This document shows positions 29,501 to 38,998 of a stretch of DNA of 53,841 bases, one piece after another. The stretch comes from Eubacteriales bacterium. GTDB lineage: Bacteria > Bacillota > Clostridia > Oscillospirales > CAG-272. A program made the position numbers and the translations under genes. Positions within the stretch are counted from its first letter, which is position 1, and every line of letters starts with the position of its first letter. The notes beneath the pieces are model-generated. The model saw nothing but the letters and a program-made list of their open reading frames with translations, was not told the DNA's origin and ran no database searches. The stretch covers positions 1 to 53,841 of the forward strand of contig JAHAZT010000027.1 in assembly GCA_018383975.1 (NCBI GenBank), written 5' to 3'.

Positions 29501-32500
29501 GTTTTTGCAGACCGCTCTGAAAAGCGGGACTGTCGGCGCGCCGGTTCTTTCTCCGCACGGGATTCTGATAAGCTCCGCAATTTCCTTTTCACCGTAGCCC
29601 GAAGAAAGGTCGTCCGCACCGGTATCAAATTCAAAGCCGTTTTTGCTTTTCGCCGTTATGCCGAGATAAACAGCTTCTCCGTTTCCTCTCGGTCTTCTGC
29701 GGAAAACGACGGCGTTCTCCTCCGGATTGAAGTCACATTCAAGAAAAAGCCCCGAAAAGCATTTGTGTGCTTTATATGCCTTTTCACCGCACATTATCGG
29801 TTCAAAAAACAACATTATCCTTGAATTCGGATTGCCGGAATTCAGCCTTGCCGACAAAATAAATTCGGAATGTTCCGGAGAAACCGTAAGCGAAACGGAA
29901 AAGTCGCACGAGAATTTCTCCCCGCGATGAACGGAAGAATACGTTATTGCGTCCGCTCTGCCGGAAAACGAAAATTCCGAATCAAGACTTTCATCGGTAT
30001 ATCCGAGCGGAACAGCCGAAATAATTTTTCCGTCGACCTCCGCAGCAAGGCACAGTCCTCCCGAAAGCGAAAAGCGGTCAAAGTCCGAATATGCAATGCA
30101 GTCATCGCCGTCCGAAAGCAGAATATGTCCCGAACTTGACGCCGTTATCCTTGTTTTCCCGTTCGATACGGCGCAAACCTCCGGATAAATGACGTTGTAT
30201 CCCGGTTTTCTTTTTTCCGTTGCGTCGACGTCGGGAGGAAGCGGCTTCGACGGAGCCTTTTCCGTCCTGCGCGGCTTTGAAACGGGAACCTTGTCCGGCA
30301 CTCTTTCGCAAAGAAGAATTTTACCCGCACGCATTGTCGGCGAACGCATAAATCTGCGGACAAAAACGTCCTCAAAGCATATATTCGCCGCAGCGGCAAG
30401 ACTCATTCCCTTGTGGTGCGACATATAGCTTTTTATAACGGCATATCCGTCTCCCACGCGTCCGGAGGAAAAGTCGACAGATTCGCAAAATCCGTATTTC
30501 CCGCTTGCTCCGAGAGCGCGCAGTTCGGCAAGCTGACCCATTGCGGCAACGGGGTTTTCCCTCATCATAAGAAATACGGAATATGGTGATATTACCTCGT
30601 TTTTTTCAAACTCGGGGTCAAGCGAAAGTGCCTCCGCGCCAAATGCTCTGTATTGATAATTCATTCGGCTGTCGAACCCGAAATATTGCGACTCCGACAT
30701 TCCCCAAAGCGAAAAATACCGTCCGCGCAGAAAACGTTTTCCGGCACATTTTCTCTGCATCGCGTATGCAAAATCAACCCCGAAACGGGCGGCGGAGCCT
30801 TTTTCCGCAGGCAAAAACAGCGAAGGCATAAAGTATTCAAAAGCCGTTCCGCTCCATGAAAGAAGTCCTCGTCTGCCGCCCCTCGCGCCGACCCTTCTCG
30901 CCGGCGAAAAGTAATGCTCCGAAGGCACCTGTCCCGTCGCTACGGCGTAATAACCCGTCAGCCGCGACTCGCTCATAAAAATATCGTATCTGCTGTCCGA
31001 ATACCGACCGGAGGCGACGTTATAGCCTATATAAAACAATTTTCTGTTCCTGTCATAAAGGGCGGAAAGGTCGATGGATAAAAGAATATTTTCAAGCCTT
31101 CTCACAGTGTCGAGAAGTGACGGCATTTCAAAAGCATATTCTTTCAATCCCTCGCAGACGGCAACAAGGCAAACGGCAAAATTGCCGCTGTCGACAGAGG
31201 AAACAAACGGCTCACCGATGACTTCAAGCGTTTTCAGGTCGTACCAATTGTAGAGATTTCCGCGCCATTTGAGTAATTTTTCAACCGACACTGCGGCGTT
31301 TTCAATATACATAGCGAGCATTTCACTGTCAATATAACCGAAGTCACGCGCCGCAAGCGCTGAAATGAGAAACATTCCGATGTTTGTCGGCGATGTTCTC
31401 ATTGCCACTCTTTCGACAGGCGAAAACTGATAATTGTCCGGCGGCAACCAGTTTGTCTTCTCCCCGACATTGTCCGCAAAGAAACGCCATTCCTTTGCAC
31501 AGAGCGTTTTCAGCTTCGAGCGGATATTTTTCGATATATGCTTTTTTCCGCCGTTACCGGAAGAACAGAAATAAGACGCGGCGGGAAATAACGCCCAAAG
31601 CGCGCCGAAAAGCTTTATGAAGTCCGGAAAAACGCATATTGCGAGCAGCCCGATCGCCGTCGACGCAAGCATTTTTCCGTAGTGAGACAGAATATCTGTA
31701 TTTTCCGCTTCTCCGTCTGCCGCCGTTTTCCAGTCAAGAAAGTGTTCTCCCGAAACCGAAAAACGATATGCCGTTCTGACGGCGGCGTCCGCAAAGACAT
31801 ATGCCTCATGCGCCGTCGACATAAACGAAAAAACAAACCTTTCCGCCGCATATAATATACCCTTTGCGTAACCGAAGAGCGCGCCTGCGCGAAAAACTCC
31901 GCCGCTTAAAATCGGCAGAACAATGCTCTCCGCAAGCGGATAAGCAATATAAGCGAAGGCGAACAAGGCGGTGATATATGCCGCACCGTTGCCGGAAAAA
32001 AGCGAAAGAAAAAGCGCGATTATTGCCGAAAGCGGAGCAAAATGCCTTATTGCGTTGTCCGCTATGCGATGTTTTCCCGCCGCGCCGACGGGATTTTTTA
32101 TTCTCTCTCCCGCGCTGTTCTCCGCGCTGCCGCACAGATACGGCAAGGATTGCAAATCACCTCTTATCCATCTGTGCAGACGCGTATAATACGAAAGTGC
32201 GTTTGACGGTGTTCCGTCTGTAAGCACGACGCCGCTCGCCGCTCCGCACCGCAAAAGGCTTCCCTCAATAATGTCGTGACTTAAAATTTTCTCGCCGGCA
32301 ACGGAAGCGTCACACGTTTTCAGAAAAGCGGAAATATCTATCATTCCCTTGCCGCAGAAGCACCCGATTCCCATCACATTCTGATAAAAGTCCGTGCCGC
32401 TTCCGGTATATACGTCAAGCCCGCCGTCACCTCCCGTGAGCGACGCAAAAAGCGTTGCGTTTGCTGAAAAAAGCGACGGTATCACCGCCGGCTGAATTAC

Positions 32501-33907
32501 CCCGTATCCGGAAACGATACGCCCTTTTTCTTCATCGAAAACCGCTCTGTTTGCCGGATGAAGCATTATACCCGTAAGTTTTCTCACAGAGCCGTAAAAA
32601 AGCTCGGTATCTCTGTCCAGCGTGAGAAGATATGCGCATTTGCGCACCTCGCCGACGTTGCCCGCAGAGCAAATCCAGTCGCCTTCTCCTCCTGCCGCAA
32701 AGCGGCAGAGATTAAGTATTCCTCCGCGTTTTCTCTCCCAAGCCATATACTTTTTCTGACATCCGACATACGTCCGCTTTCTTATAAAAAGCGCAAAGCC
32801 GCCGCCGTATTTTTCGTTCAGAGCGGATATCCTTGCTTTTGCATAAGAGATTTTTTCGTCATCTGCGGAAGCTGTCGGGGCTTCCGCTTCTCCGAGGTCG
32901 CCGAGAACTGAAAAAATATATTTCCCGTCCCTGTTGCGAAGATAAAAGTCCTCCAGTCTGTCAAAAACCTCACAGTCACGCTTTTCGCCGTAAAGCACCG
33001 TTGCAATCGTGACAAGGCAACGCGCGTCGTCAAGCTCTTTTCCCGATGAAAGCGAAAGCAATCGGGAAGGAGGGCAACGGCGAAGATAAACAGCGGACAC
33101 AAACCGTTTGGAAAGCTCATAAACCGGCGCAATTGCAAAAACGGAAAACCACGCGGCAGGCGTTCCGGAGCAGAGATAAATATAAATTCCGAGGATGGAA
33201 AGTGTCAGCGCGCATACGGAAACAAAATATCCGACAGCGGACTTTTTGGCTCCCGAACACAGCATTTTTCCGAGGTCACACTCGTTCGCCCTTGCTTTTG
33301 AAAGGCACCTTTGAGCCGCTTCCGCCTCATCAATGTTCCATTCGATTGCTTTTTCTTTTACGCGACGTATATATTCCCGCTTGCTTTCGTCGGAGCAATG
33401 GGAAAACGTTTCGTCCTCCGAAAGAATGAGCGCAACGGGACAAAATCCGAATAAAATGCGGGAAAAATCAATTTGAGAAATTTTTTCGTCACAAAAAATA
33501 AGCGACGAGGTCTCACCCTCCGCTTCCGGCAAATTGATGATGTCGCACAGTCTTTCCGCCGCGGCGATACGGAGCATATCCGGCAGGCTTTCCGTTTCGG
33601 AACAGGAAAATCCCCTTTTTTCCGAAGAAAGCGCGACAAACAGACTTTCCTCACTTATATTGCCGCCGCAAAGCGATATATAATTTTCCGCAAAAATATA
33701 AACAAGCGGAGTGCCGTTTTCGTCCGCCGGCAGCTTAAACGCTCCGGACAGGCTTTTAAGTGCCGCTTGTGCCGCACCGAAAGTCTCCTCTGCAATTTTT
33801 TCATCGGCAAGACGTGTTATCGCCCTTCTCTTTTTCTTTACAAAACGCCGAACGCTAACAGTCTCTGTTTTTCTCTCGTTGAAATTCATCGGAGCCGAAG
33901 CACCCAT
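26510..33907 (-). CDS. Cyclic beta-1,2-glucan synthase-like protein (Cgs/NdvB/ChvB architecture: GT84, glucoamylase-like transglycosylase, GH94 phosphorylase)
   Basis: GT motifs 'WERKRG', 'TLDRDT', 'SHDIIEG', 'RLHRWIRGD'; TM helices; middle domain 'LPPDN', 'RTSPTNIG', 'SWSGTAFEYFMP', 'WGMSES'; GH94 'GAYGFRDQLQD', 'DWNDGMN', 'RENGGQYTHAA', 'GWSWYTGAAGW'. Confidence 0.9.
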   Translation of the reverse strand: MGASAPMNFNERKTETVSVRRFVKKKRRAITRLADEKIAEETFGAAQAALKSLSGAFKLPADENGTPLVYIFAENYISLCGGNISEESLFVALSSEKRGFSCSETESLPDMLRIAAAERLCDIINLPEAEGETSSLIFCDEKISQIDFSRILFGFCPVALILSEDETFSHCSDESKREYIRRVKEKAIEWNIDEAEAAQRCLSKARANECDLGKMLCSGAKKSAVGYFVSVCALTLSILGIYIYLCSGTPAAWFSVFAIAPVYELSKRFVSAVYLRRCPPSRLLSLSSGKELDDARCLVTIATVLYGEKRDCEVFDRLEDFYLRNRDGKYIFSVLGDLGEAEAPTASADDEKISYAKARISALNEKYGGGFALFIRKRTYVGCQKKYMAWERKRGGILNLCRFAAGGEGDWICSAGNVGEVRKCAYLLTLDRDTELFYGSVRKLTGIMLHPANRAVFDEEKGRIVSGYGVIQPAVIPSLFSANATLFASLTGGDGGLDVYTGSGTDFYQNVMGIGCFCGKGMIDISAFLKTCDASVAGEKILSHDIIEGSLLRCGAASGVVLTDGTPSNALSYYTRLHRWIRGDLQSLPYLCGSAENSAGERIKNPVGAAGKHRIADNAIRHFAPLSAIIALFLSLFSGNGAAYITALFAFAYIAYPLAESIVLPILSGGVFRAGALFGYAKGILYAAERFVFSFMSTAHEAYVFADAAVRTAYRFSVSGEHFLDWKTAADGEAENTDILSHYGKMLASTAIGLLAICVFPDFIKLFGALWALFPAASYFCSSGNGGKKHISKNIRSKLKTLCAKEWRFFADNVGEKTNWLPPDNYQFSPVERVAMRTSPTNIGMFLISALAARDFGYIDSEMLAMYIENAAVSVEKLLKWRGNLYNWYDLKTLEVIGEPFVSSVDSGNFAVCLVAVCEGLKEYAFEMPSLLDTVRRLENILLSIDLSALYDRNRKLFYIGYNVASGRYSDSRYDIFMSESRLTGYYAVATGQVPSEHYFSPARRVGARGGRRGLLSWSGTAFEYFMPSLFLPAEKGSAARFGVDFAYAMQRKCAGKRFLRGRYFSLWGMSESQYFGFDSRMNYQYRAFGAEALSLDPEFEKNEVISPYSVFLMMRENPVAAMGQLAELRALGASGKYGFCESVDFSSGRVGDGYAVIKSYMSHHKGMSLAAAANICFEDVFVRRFMRSPTMRAGKILLCERVPDKVPVSKPRRTEKAPSKPLPPDVDATEKRKPGYNVIYPEVCAVSNGKTRITASSSGHILLSDGDDCIAYSDFDRFSLSGGLCLAAEVDGKIISAVPLGYTDESLDSEFSFSGRADAITYSSVHRGEKFSCDFSVSLTVSPEHSEFILSARLNSGNPNSRIMLFFEPIMCGEKAYKAHKCFSGLFLECDFNPEENAVVFRRRPRGNGEAVYLGITAKSKNGFEFDTGADDLSSGYGEKEIAELIRIPCGERTGAPTVPLFRAVCKNSRSAIFSIGYSKNKDDLLYFLGKKREKTSLESICAMMKSAAGIGVYADAMERYLLRAVYFPQAEGAGMGEMLSRQIKTSDFYRFSLSGELPMLAVRFFRFGGKRSENLKAIIGMFRYACIRGLRFDLLIFYREIDEYRQSALSHIKKLVKDMGCESFISVDGGIFPINADKLTGSEKFALERMCGAVCDSSQPLSATLFSNKYFTPISDETKKMLCRPPFRDITDCNAPIADGAVKKVIGGVFHRNGFFCNKKEIKRPWAQIVSTGTAGFVATQNSLGFTFGANSSLQKLTPHDGRAMTEDGGELLIMRITNDAGRISDFDMCACAAYADYFFGGVKYVGRACGISYTVEVTLDEKLAMKYISVKLSADTEQSVEIIYSVTACLGASAAKARQYLFSANAERGTVSVKRVCGEKIAPKICIMTDADKSRVYTDTAALKSAGAVFGGVADCAAVGAELTVGKRTVSCGFALFAYRTDSDGKYCREAFLSGEKSRACTDIKPDVTIKTSDPVFDMTVNRWFNYQCVASRITARTGFYQNGGAYGFRDQLQDCLSVGGDMLKKQIIFCACHQYEEGDVMHWWHNLYEGGGGHYGIRTRCSDDCAWLLYGAEEYIRRSGDMSLLDIRLPFVSSPPLDSREIERYEFGRFTEEKYPLFVHLLRAAERLCRLGDKGLSLFGTCDWNDGMNEVGKGGKGESVWLSQFAAARLSAFAVICAERGDGENAERFEKTSAILKEAVEMYCFEGDRYLRGFFDDGSPLGSKTCDECRTDILPQAFSVLCADGNPSERAKIAITTAINELYDRDLGIIKLLSPPFDKTLRSPGYIKGYPPGIRENGGQYTHAAIWGAMATAGIGEGGVAYEMLRAINPAIKSEKRLIRYGAEPYVLCGDVGSYRRNAGRGGWSWYTGAAGWYRTAVISSLCGYKEVDGGFYISPVLSESFDGFSLEITKGKSVYRVCVSIGEENAVCLDGETISKGKPVSETVFYPDGKNHSVRITVKK

Positions 33908-33937
33908 ACAATCCTCCGCAAAATAAATTTTTACTTA

Positions 33938-33968
33938 TATTATTTACCTTGCGTCGGCTCAAATATAC
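33938..33968 (-). promoter_or_regulatory. Candidate sigmaF/sigmaG (forespore) promoter
   Basis: Minus strand GTATA, 15 nt, GGTAAATAATA; same pattern as the element upstream of sigG in this window. Confidence 0.5.
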
Positions 33969-33984
33969 GGTTTTGTGTCAACAT

Positions 33985-34021
33985 AAAAGCCGCGGAAAGC
34001 AATTCTGCCTTTTCCGCGGCT
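33985..34021 (-). terminator. comEC terminator
   Basis: AGCCGCGGAAA / TTTCCGCGGCT 11-bp stem, with a T run on the minus strand. Confidence 0.75.
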
Positions 34022-34028
34022 CTTTGAC

Positions 34029-36284
34029 TTATTTGATTTTTACAGTGACCTTTCCGCCGTAATCAGAAATTAAAACGGGGCTGTCACATTTTCCCGCAAA
34101 AGCGAGGACGTTTTTATTTGAAAAAATAATGCTCTGCGCCGAAAGGCACTTACCCGTGTCAATATTTTTCTTGCGCACGGGTCCGTGCGCACCGAAGAAC
34201 ACAAGCGCGGCGGAATAAATCCTTGCGTCGTTTATTTCCTCCGCCCCCGCTCCGCTGTAAAGCATTACCTCATTTTCGCCGAGATAAACCGAAAAACTGA
34301 TAACGGGGTGCTTTGACCTTTTGAGAAGCGTGTATTCCGGAAGCGAAATTTTCATATCGCCGCATGAAACCGCCGATTCCGCCCGACGATTATAAAACTC
34401 CGTTTGTACGCCGTTTTCATCGGCTATCGCAAGAATGTTCATTATAATTTCCGAGTCGGCGACGCTTTCCGCTGCGGGAATAAGCAATTTATTTATTTTG
34501 AAATATCCGCAGAGCCTGTCAAGCGTTGCCGCGTGATATCTGTGAAGATGAGTCAGAATCAGAACATCCATTTCACACGCAGCATAGCCGGAGGTCTCCG
34601 TGACGGCGGAATACGGGACGGCAAATCCGCCCGTTGAAACGTCGATTACAAAGCTCCTGCCCCTGTAAACAATGCCGAGAGCGTCGCTTGATTTTTCGTT
34701 TACTGCGGTTGCGAACATATCGTTTTCCGTCAGCCTCGACGTCACCGCGGTACAGCCGGTAAATGCCACGCAAAGCCCGACAAGCACCGCAAATATCGAC
34801 CTCGGATTTATCTTCGGGACAAACACAATGACGGCAATAAATATCATTGCGGCGGCAATCAGATACGGCGTGAACGGGTATTTTAAGGAAATATATACGC
34901 CGGAAGGCGACGCAAAGAGCTTTGCAAGGTAACAGATGAGCCATGTCAGTTGCTTTGCCGCAAATGCAATAGCCGTGCCGACAATCGGGATTCTGAAAAG
35001 CACACAGAGCATCGCAAGAAGGTATAACAGCAACTGCGAAAGCGGTACAAGCACAAGATTTGAAATCGGTGAGATGAGCGAGACGCCGCCGAAAAGAAGG
35101 TATGTAACGGGGAGCGTGAACAACGTAGCGACGGCGGTTGCGAAGAGAAGCCCGAGAAAATATTTTACCGCGGAGCGGAAAAATTTCTTTGTGCGCGAAT
35201 AGGTTTTTCTCGTCATCGGCGCAAAGTGCGGAAGAAGCCTGTCCGAAAACAGCACAAGTCCGAGTGTGGCGGAAAACGACATCCAGAGTCCGACGTCCCA
35301 CACGGCGTAGCGGCGGAACGTTATTATCAGCGCAAGCGACGCAAAAAGCGATGTAAGCGAGTCCTTCTCCTCGCCTGCAAGCTGCGCCGCAAAATAGATA
35401 ACAAGCATTATTGCCGAGCGCAAAACCGATGCGGAAAGCCCCGTGACAACGGCGAAAGCAACCGTTGCGAAAATTGATACGGCAATTCTTATCTTCTTTT
35501 TTACATGCACGGCTTTCAGGGAAAATTCAAGTCCTGCCGCAAGCACGGAAAGATGAAGTCCGCTCAGAGCGAGCAGATGCGAGGTGCCGCTCCTTCTGAA
35601 CGCCAGCTTTATCTTCTGTGACACTCTTTCCCTGTTTCCGAGAAAAATCGCGCCCGCAAAATCCGCCTCGTCTCCGCCGATTGATTTATCGAATCTGTCC
35701 GCAAGGAATGCGTTTATCTTTTCCGGCAAGGAGTATTTCCCTCCGCCGCCGAATGAATTAAAATCGTTCGCCTCGGCGCACAGAATTACACCTTTTGATT
35801 TCAGAAGCGACGCTTCCGAGTCATCCGGCTCCGACAGGACGACGGTCACGCCTATCTTTTCGTGAATTTCCGTTTCGGGAAGATACGGAAATCCGAGCTG
35901 AATATAAAAATCCGCTTTTTCTCCGTCGACCTCCGTCACTCTTGCGTAATAAAGCGAGCCGAACGGCTTTTCATATATCGCATGGGTTATTTCAGCCATG
36001 ACGGAATGCTCTTTGCCGTCATTATATTTTTTCGCCGAAATGTCCTTTTTCGCGTGCAGAGTCCCGCACAGAAGTCCGAGCAGAAGCGCAACAATGCACA
36101 AAACGGCAAAAATCACCGCGGCGACTTTCTTTTTCGACTTTATGACGGCAATTGCCGATATAACGGAAAAAACCAAGGAAATAACGATTACGGCAGTCTT
36201 CCCGCTTGTGAAAAAGAGCGTAACGGTGCATGCAAGAGCATAAAGCGCAAACATAAGCGCGCCCTTTCTGCCGTATACACTCAT
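34029..36284 (-). CDS. comEC: ComEC/Rec2 family DNA uptake channel
   Basis: 'FRRSGTSHLLALSGLH', 'SVLRSAIM', 'WMSFSATLG', 'ISNLVLVP'; C-terminal MBL-like region 'ILTHLHRYH'. Start is ATG 36284 or GTG 36293. Confidence 0.9.
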   Translation of the reverse strand: MSVYGRKGALMFALYALACTVTLFFTSGKTAVIVISLVFSVISAIAVIKSKKKVAAVIFAVLCIVALLLGLLCGTLHAKKDISAKKYNDGKEHSVMAEITHAIYEKPFGSLYYARVTEVDGEKADFYIQLGFPYLPETEIHEKIGVTVVLSEPDDSEASLLKSKGVILCAEANDFNSFGGGGKYSLPEKINAFLADRFDKSIGGDEADFAGAIFLGNRERVSQKIKLAFRRSGTSHLLALSGLHLSVLAAGLEFSLKAVHVKKKIRIAVSIFATVAFAVVTGLSASVLRSAIMLVIYFAAQLAGEEKDSLTSLFASLALIITFRRYAVWDVGLWMSFSATLGLVLFSDRLLPHFAPMTRKTYSRTKKFFRSAVKYFLGLLFATAVATLFTLPVTYLLFGGVSLISPISNLVLVPLSQLLLYLLAMLCVLFRIPIVGTAIAFAAKQLTWLICYLAKLFASPSGVYISLKYPFTPYLIAAAMIFIAVIVFVPKINPRSIFAVLVGLCVAFTGCTAVTSRLTENDMFATAVNEKSSDALGIVYRGRSFVIDVSTGGFAVPYSAVTETSGYAACEMDVLILTHLHRYHAATLDRLCGYFKINKLLIPAAESVADSEIIMNILAIADENGVQTEFYNRRAESAVSCGDMKISLPEYTLLKRSKHPVISFSVYLGENEVMLYSGAGAEEINDARIYSAALVFFGAHGPVRKKNIDTGKCLSAQSIIFSNKNVLAFAGKCDSPVLISDYGGKVTVKIK

Positions 36285-36301
36285 TTTTCTCACATCCTTT
36301 C

Positions 36302-36333
36302 AAAAAAACAGAAGCGGACGCAAAGTCCGCTTC
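36302..36333 (-). terminator. pgi terminator
   Basis: Minus strand GAAGCGGAC-TTTGC-GTCCGCTTC-TGTTTTTTT. Confidence 0.8.
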
Positions 36334-36373
36334 CATTATAGTCATTTTTCCGTTTTTTTCAAGCATTTTCGGA

Positions 36374-37714
36374 TTATTTTATTTTTTCAAGACGTTTTCT
36401 GAGTTCATCGGCGTTTTCCTCATAGCCGGGCTTTCCGAGAAGCGCAAACATATTCTTCTTGTAAGCCTCAACTCCGGGCTGGTTAAACGGGTTTATTCCG
36501 AGCATATAACCGGATATCGCGCACGAAAGCTCAAAAAAGTATACGAGATAGCCGAAGTCTCCCGCCGTGCGTGACGTAAGCTCGATTGAAACATTGGGAA
36601 CGCCGCCGTCCGTATGAGCCATGACGGTTCCGAGGAACGCCTGCTGATTTACATAATTTATCGTTTTTCCCGCAAGGAAGTTAAGCCCGTCGGCATTGTC
36701 TTCTTCGGCTTCGATGACAAAATTATCTTCGGAGTTTACGTTGATAACGGTTTCAAACATTATCCTCGTGCCTTCCTGAATAAACTGACCGATTGAATGA
36801 AGGTCGGTTGAATATACCGCCGACGACGGATAAAGTCCTTTTCCGTCCTTGCCTTCGCTTTCGCCGAAAAGCTGCTTCCACCATTCGCAAGTCATGGCGA
36901 GCGCGGGGTCGTTTACGGCAAGTATTTCAACAGATTTTCCGTGACGGAGAAAATAATTGCGGAGAGCGGCATATTTCATACAGTCGTTTGAGAAAACATC
37001 GCCCTTGGAATATTTTTCCGCGGCAGCCTTTGCACCTGCAAGCATTTCGTCAATGTCAATGCCGGCAACCGCAATGGGAAGAAGTCCCACCGCGCTGAGA
37101 ACGGAATATCTGCCGCCGATGTCATCCGGAACTATAAAGCTCTCGTATCCGAGCGTTTCCGCCTGCGGACGAAGTGCTCCTTTGCATTTGTCGGTCGTTA
37201 CGAAAATTCTCTCGGACGCCGCCTTGCCGTACTTTTTTACAAGCATATCGCGGAAAATTCTGAAAGCGATTGCCGGCTCTGTTGTCGTGCCGGATTTGGA
37301 AATGACATTTATGCAAACGTCCTTGCCTTCGCATATTTCAAGCACGTCGCGAAGGTGCGAGGAGCTTATGTCATTACCGACAAAATATACGTCCGGCGTG
37401 GACTTTTTCTTGTTGTTGTAGCTTGCGCCCTTTACAAATTCGATAGCCGCGCGCGCGCCGAGATAAGACCCGCCTATCCCGATGACAACGAAAACATCAC
37501 ACGTTTTTATAATCTTTTCCGCTGCTTTCTTTATGCGGGAAACTTCGTCGCGGTCATAGTTTTCGGGAAGGTCGCGCCAGCCGAGAAAGTCCGCTCCCGC
37601 GCCCTTTCCGCTGAAAACCGTGTCGAAAGCGCGCTTTGTTTCGTCCGTCATAGCCGCAAGGGAAAAATCCGTCACGAATTCACGAAGATATCTGTCTGTG
37701 AAGTTGAATGCCAT
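36374..37714 (-). CDS. pgi: Glucose-6-phosphate isomerase
   Basis: 'GIGGSYLG', '[10 protein letters not shown]', 'IGGRYSVLS', '[13 protein letters not shown]', '[12 protein letters not shown]'. Confidence 0.97.
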   Translation of the reverse strand: MAFNFTDRYLREFVTDFSLAAMTDETKRAFDTVFSGKGAGADFLGWRDLPENYDRDEVSRIKKAAEKIIKTCDVFVVIGIGGSYLGARAAIEFVKGASYNNKKKSTPDVYFVGNDISSSHLRDVLEICEGKDVCINVISKSGTTTEPAIAFRIFRDMLVKKYGKAASERIFVTTDKCKGALRPQAETLGYESFIVPDDIGGRYSVLSAVGLLPIAVAGIDIDEMLAGAKAAAEKYSKGDVFSNDCMKYAALRNYFLRHGKSVEILAVNDPALAMTCEWWKQLFGESEGKDGKGLYPSSAVYSTDLHSIGQFIQEGTRIMFETVINVNSEDNFVIEAEEDNADGLNFLAGKTINYVNQQAFLGTVMAHTDGGVPNVSIELTSRTAGDFGYLVYFFELSCAISGYMLGINPFNQPGVEAYKKNMFALLGKPGYEENADELRKRLEKIK

Positions 37715-37766
37715 TTTTATGTACCTCTCAAATTTATTTTTTATGTAAGCGGGCAAGCCCGCACAG

Positions 37767-37970
37767 TTACATCGTTATCTGTCCCCCGGCGGGATTTCCC
37801 TCTCCTCCGGCGGAATGTTTTCCGCATCGAGCCGACTCCCCGCCGCAAAGATGTGACGAAAGGCACCTGCTCTCTCCGTCCGACTGCATAAGTATCACGG
37901 ACGAGCCGAGATTTCCGCACCAATGCCTTGATATTTTATCTTTCTTATCTTTTTCTCTGTTATTCGACAT
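37767..37970 (-). CDS. Possible small Cys-containing protein (67 aa), or a structured pgi leader
   Basis: ORF '[22 protein letters not shown]...[14 protein letters not shown]' fills the ttcA-pgi gap on the same strand; weak RBS. Confidence 0.4.
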   Translation of the reverse strand: MSNNREKDKKDKISRHWCGNLGSSVILMQSDGESRCLSSHLCGGESARCGKHSAGGEGNPAGGQITM

Positions 37971-38021
37971 AATTCTTTTCCCGAAAACGGTTTTACCGTA
38001 GTTTCTCACGCTTCGGAAAAA

Positions 38022-38783
38022 TTATTCGTCGTCATATTCTTTTATTTTCGACATTTTGTAGCCGTCAAGGCCTGCTCTTTGCATCGCGCCGAAAATCCTG
38101 TGTCGCAGTCCCTTGTTCTCTCTTTCAAGCGTTGCGAGCAAGTTTTTCATCTCCTCGCGCTCCGTTTTTTTGTTCGCGGGACATTCAGAATCTGCAACGG
38201 GCAACTCCGCATTCGACGTAAAGTATCTCAAATCCTTTTCCTGCGCGTAAATAAACGGGCGGATGACCGTAACATCGGAACGGTCGAGATAAGTAACCGG
38301 AGAAAAACACCCAAGCCTGCCCTCATAGAAGAGGTTGAGCATAAAAGTCTGCACGGCGTCGTCGAAATGATGACCGAGGGCAATTTTTGTCGCGCCGTGT
38401 CTTTTTGCGGCGTCACAAAGCATACCTCTGCGCAGTTTTGCGCAAAGCGAACACGGATTGCTTTCCTTTCTTATGTCAAAAACAATCTTCGCTATGTCCG
38501 AAGGCTCTATATAATATTTGACGCCCAACTCCTCACAGAGCTTTTCAATCTGCGAAAAATCTGTTTTTCCCTTGCCGATTTCCTCAAAACGCATATCAAT
38601 TGTCACGGCAATCAGCTCAAACGGCACAGGATAGAAATTTTTCAGGCTTGCCATTGTGTAAAGCAGAGCGAGCGAATCCTTTCCGCCCGAAAGTCCGACG
38701 GCAACGGTGTCCCCCGCCGAAATCATATTATAATCGTCGCAAGCGCGCCTTGCAAAGCTCAGAAGGCGTTTAAGTCCTTTCAT
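38022..38783 (-). CDS. ttcA: tRNA 2-thiocytidine(32) synthetase TtcA family
   Basis: PP-loop 'SGGKDS', 'PCSLCAKLRRG', 'GHHFDD', 'IRPF', 'CP'. Confidence 0.9.
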   Translation of the reverse strand: MKGLKRLLSFARRACDDYNMISAGDTVAVGLSGGKDSLALLYTMASLKNFYPVPFELIAVTIDMRFEEIGKGKTDFSQIEKLCEELGVKYYIEPSDIAKIVFDIRKESNPCSLCAKLRRGMLCDAAKRHGATKIALGHHFDDAVQTFMLNLFYEGRLGCFSPVTYLDRSDVTVIRPFIYAQEKDLRYFTSNAELPVADSECPANKKTEREEMKNLLATLERENKGLRHRIFGAMQRAGLDGYKMSKIKEYDDE

Positions 38784-38926
38784 AGAAACTCTCCGGATTT
38801 TTGCATTTTCAATATATAATATCAAACCCGCAACGGTTTTTCAATAAGTGATTCAATATTTATTTGTTAAATTTTATTTTCCTTCGTGTTGACGAAAAAT
38901 TGGAAATATGTTGCTTCCGTTTTTCC

Positions 38927-38957
38927 GAATAAACAAAATCCGACAAAGGCAATACTT
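38927..38957 (+). promoter_or_regulatory. sigmaF/sigmaG-type promoter of sigG
   Basis: GAATA, 16 nt, GGCAATACTT; matches the general forespore sigma consensus (GnATA ... GGnnAnAnT). Confidence 0.65.
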
Positions 38958-38998
38958 ATTTCGACGAAAAATACAATTGCTTTTGGGAGAATCGAAAA

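Noticed and set aside
38959-38997. RBS-sequestering hairpin in the sigG leader
   Set aside because: Only a 6-bp AT-rich pairing (TTTCGA/TCGAAA) across a long loop; too weak to support.
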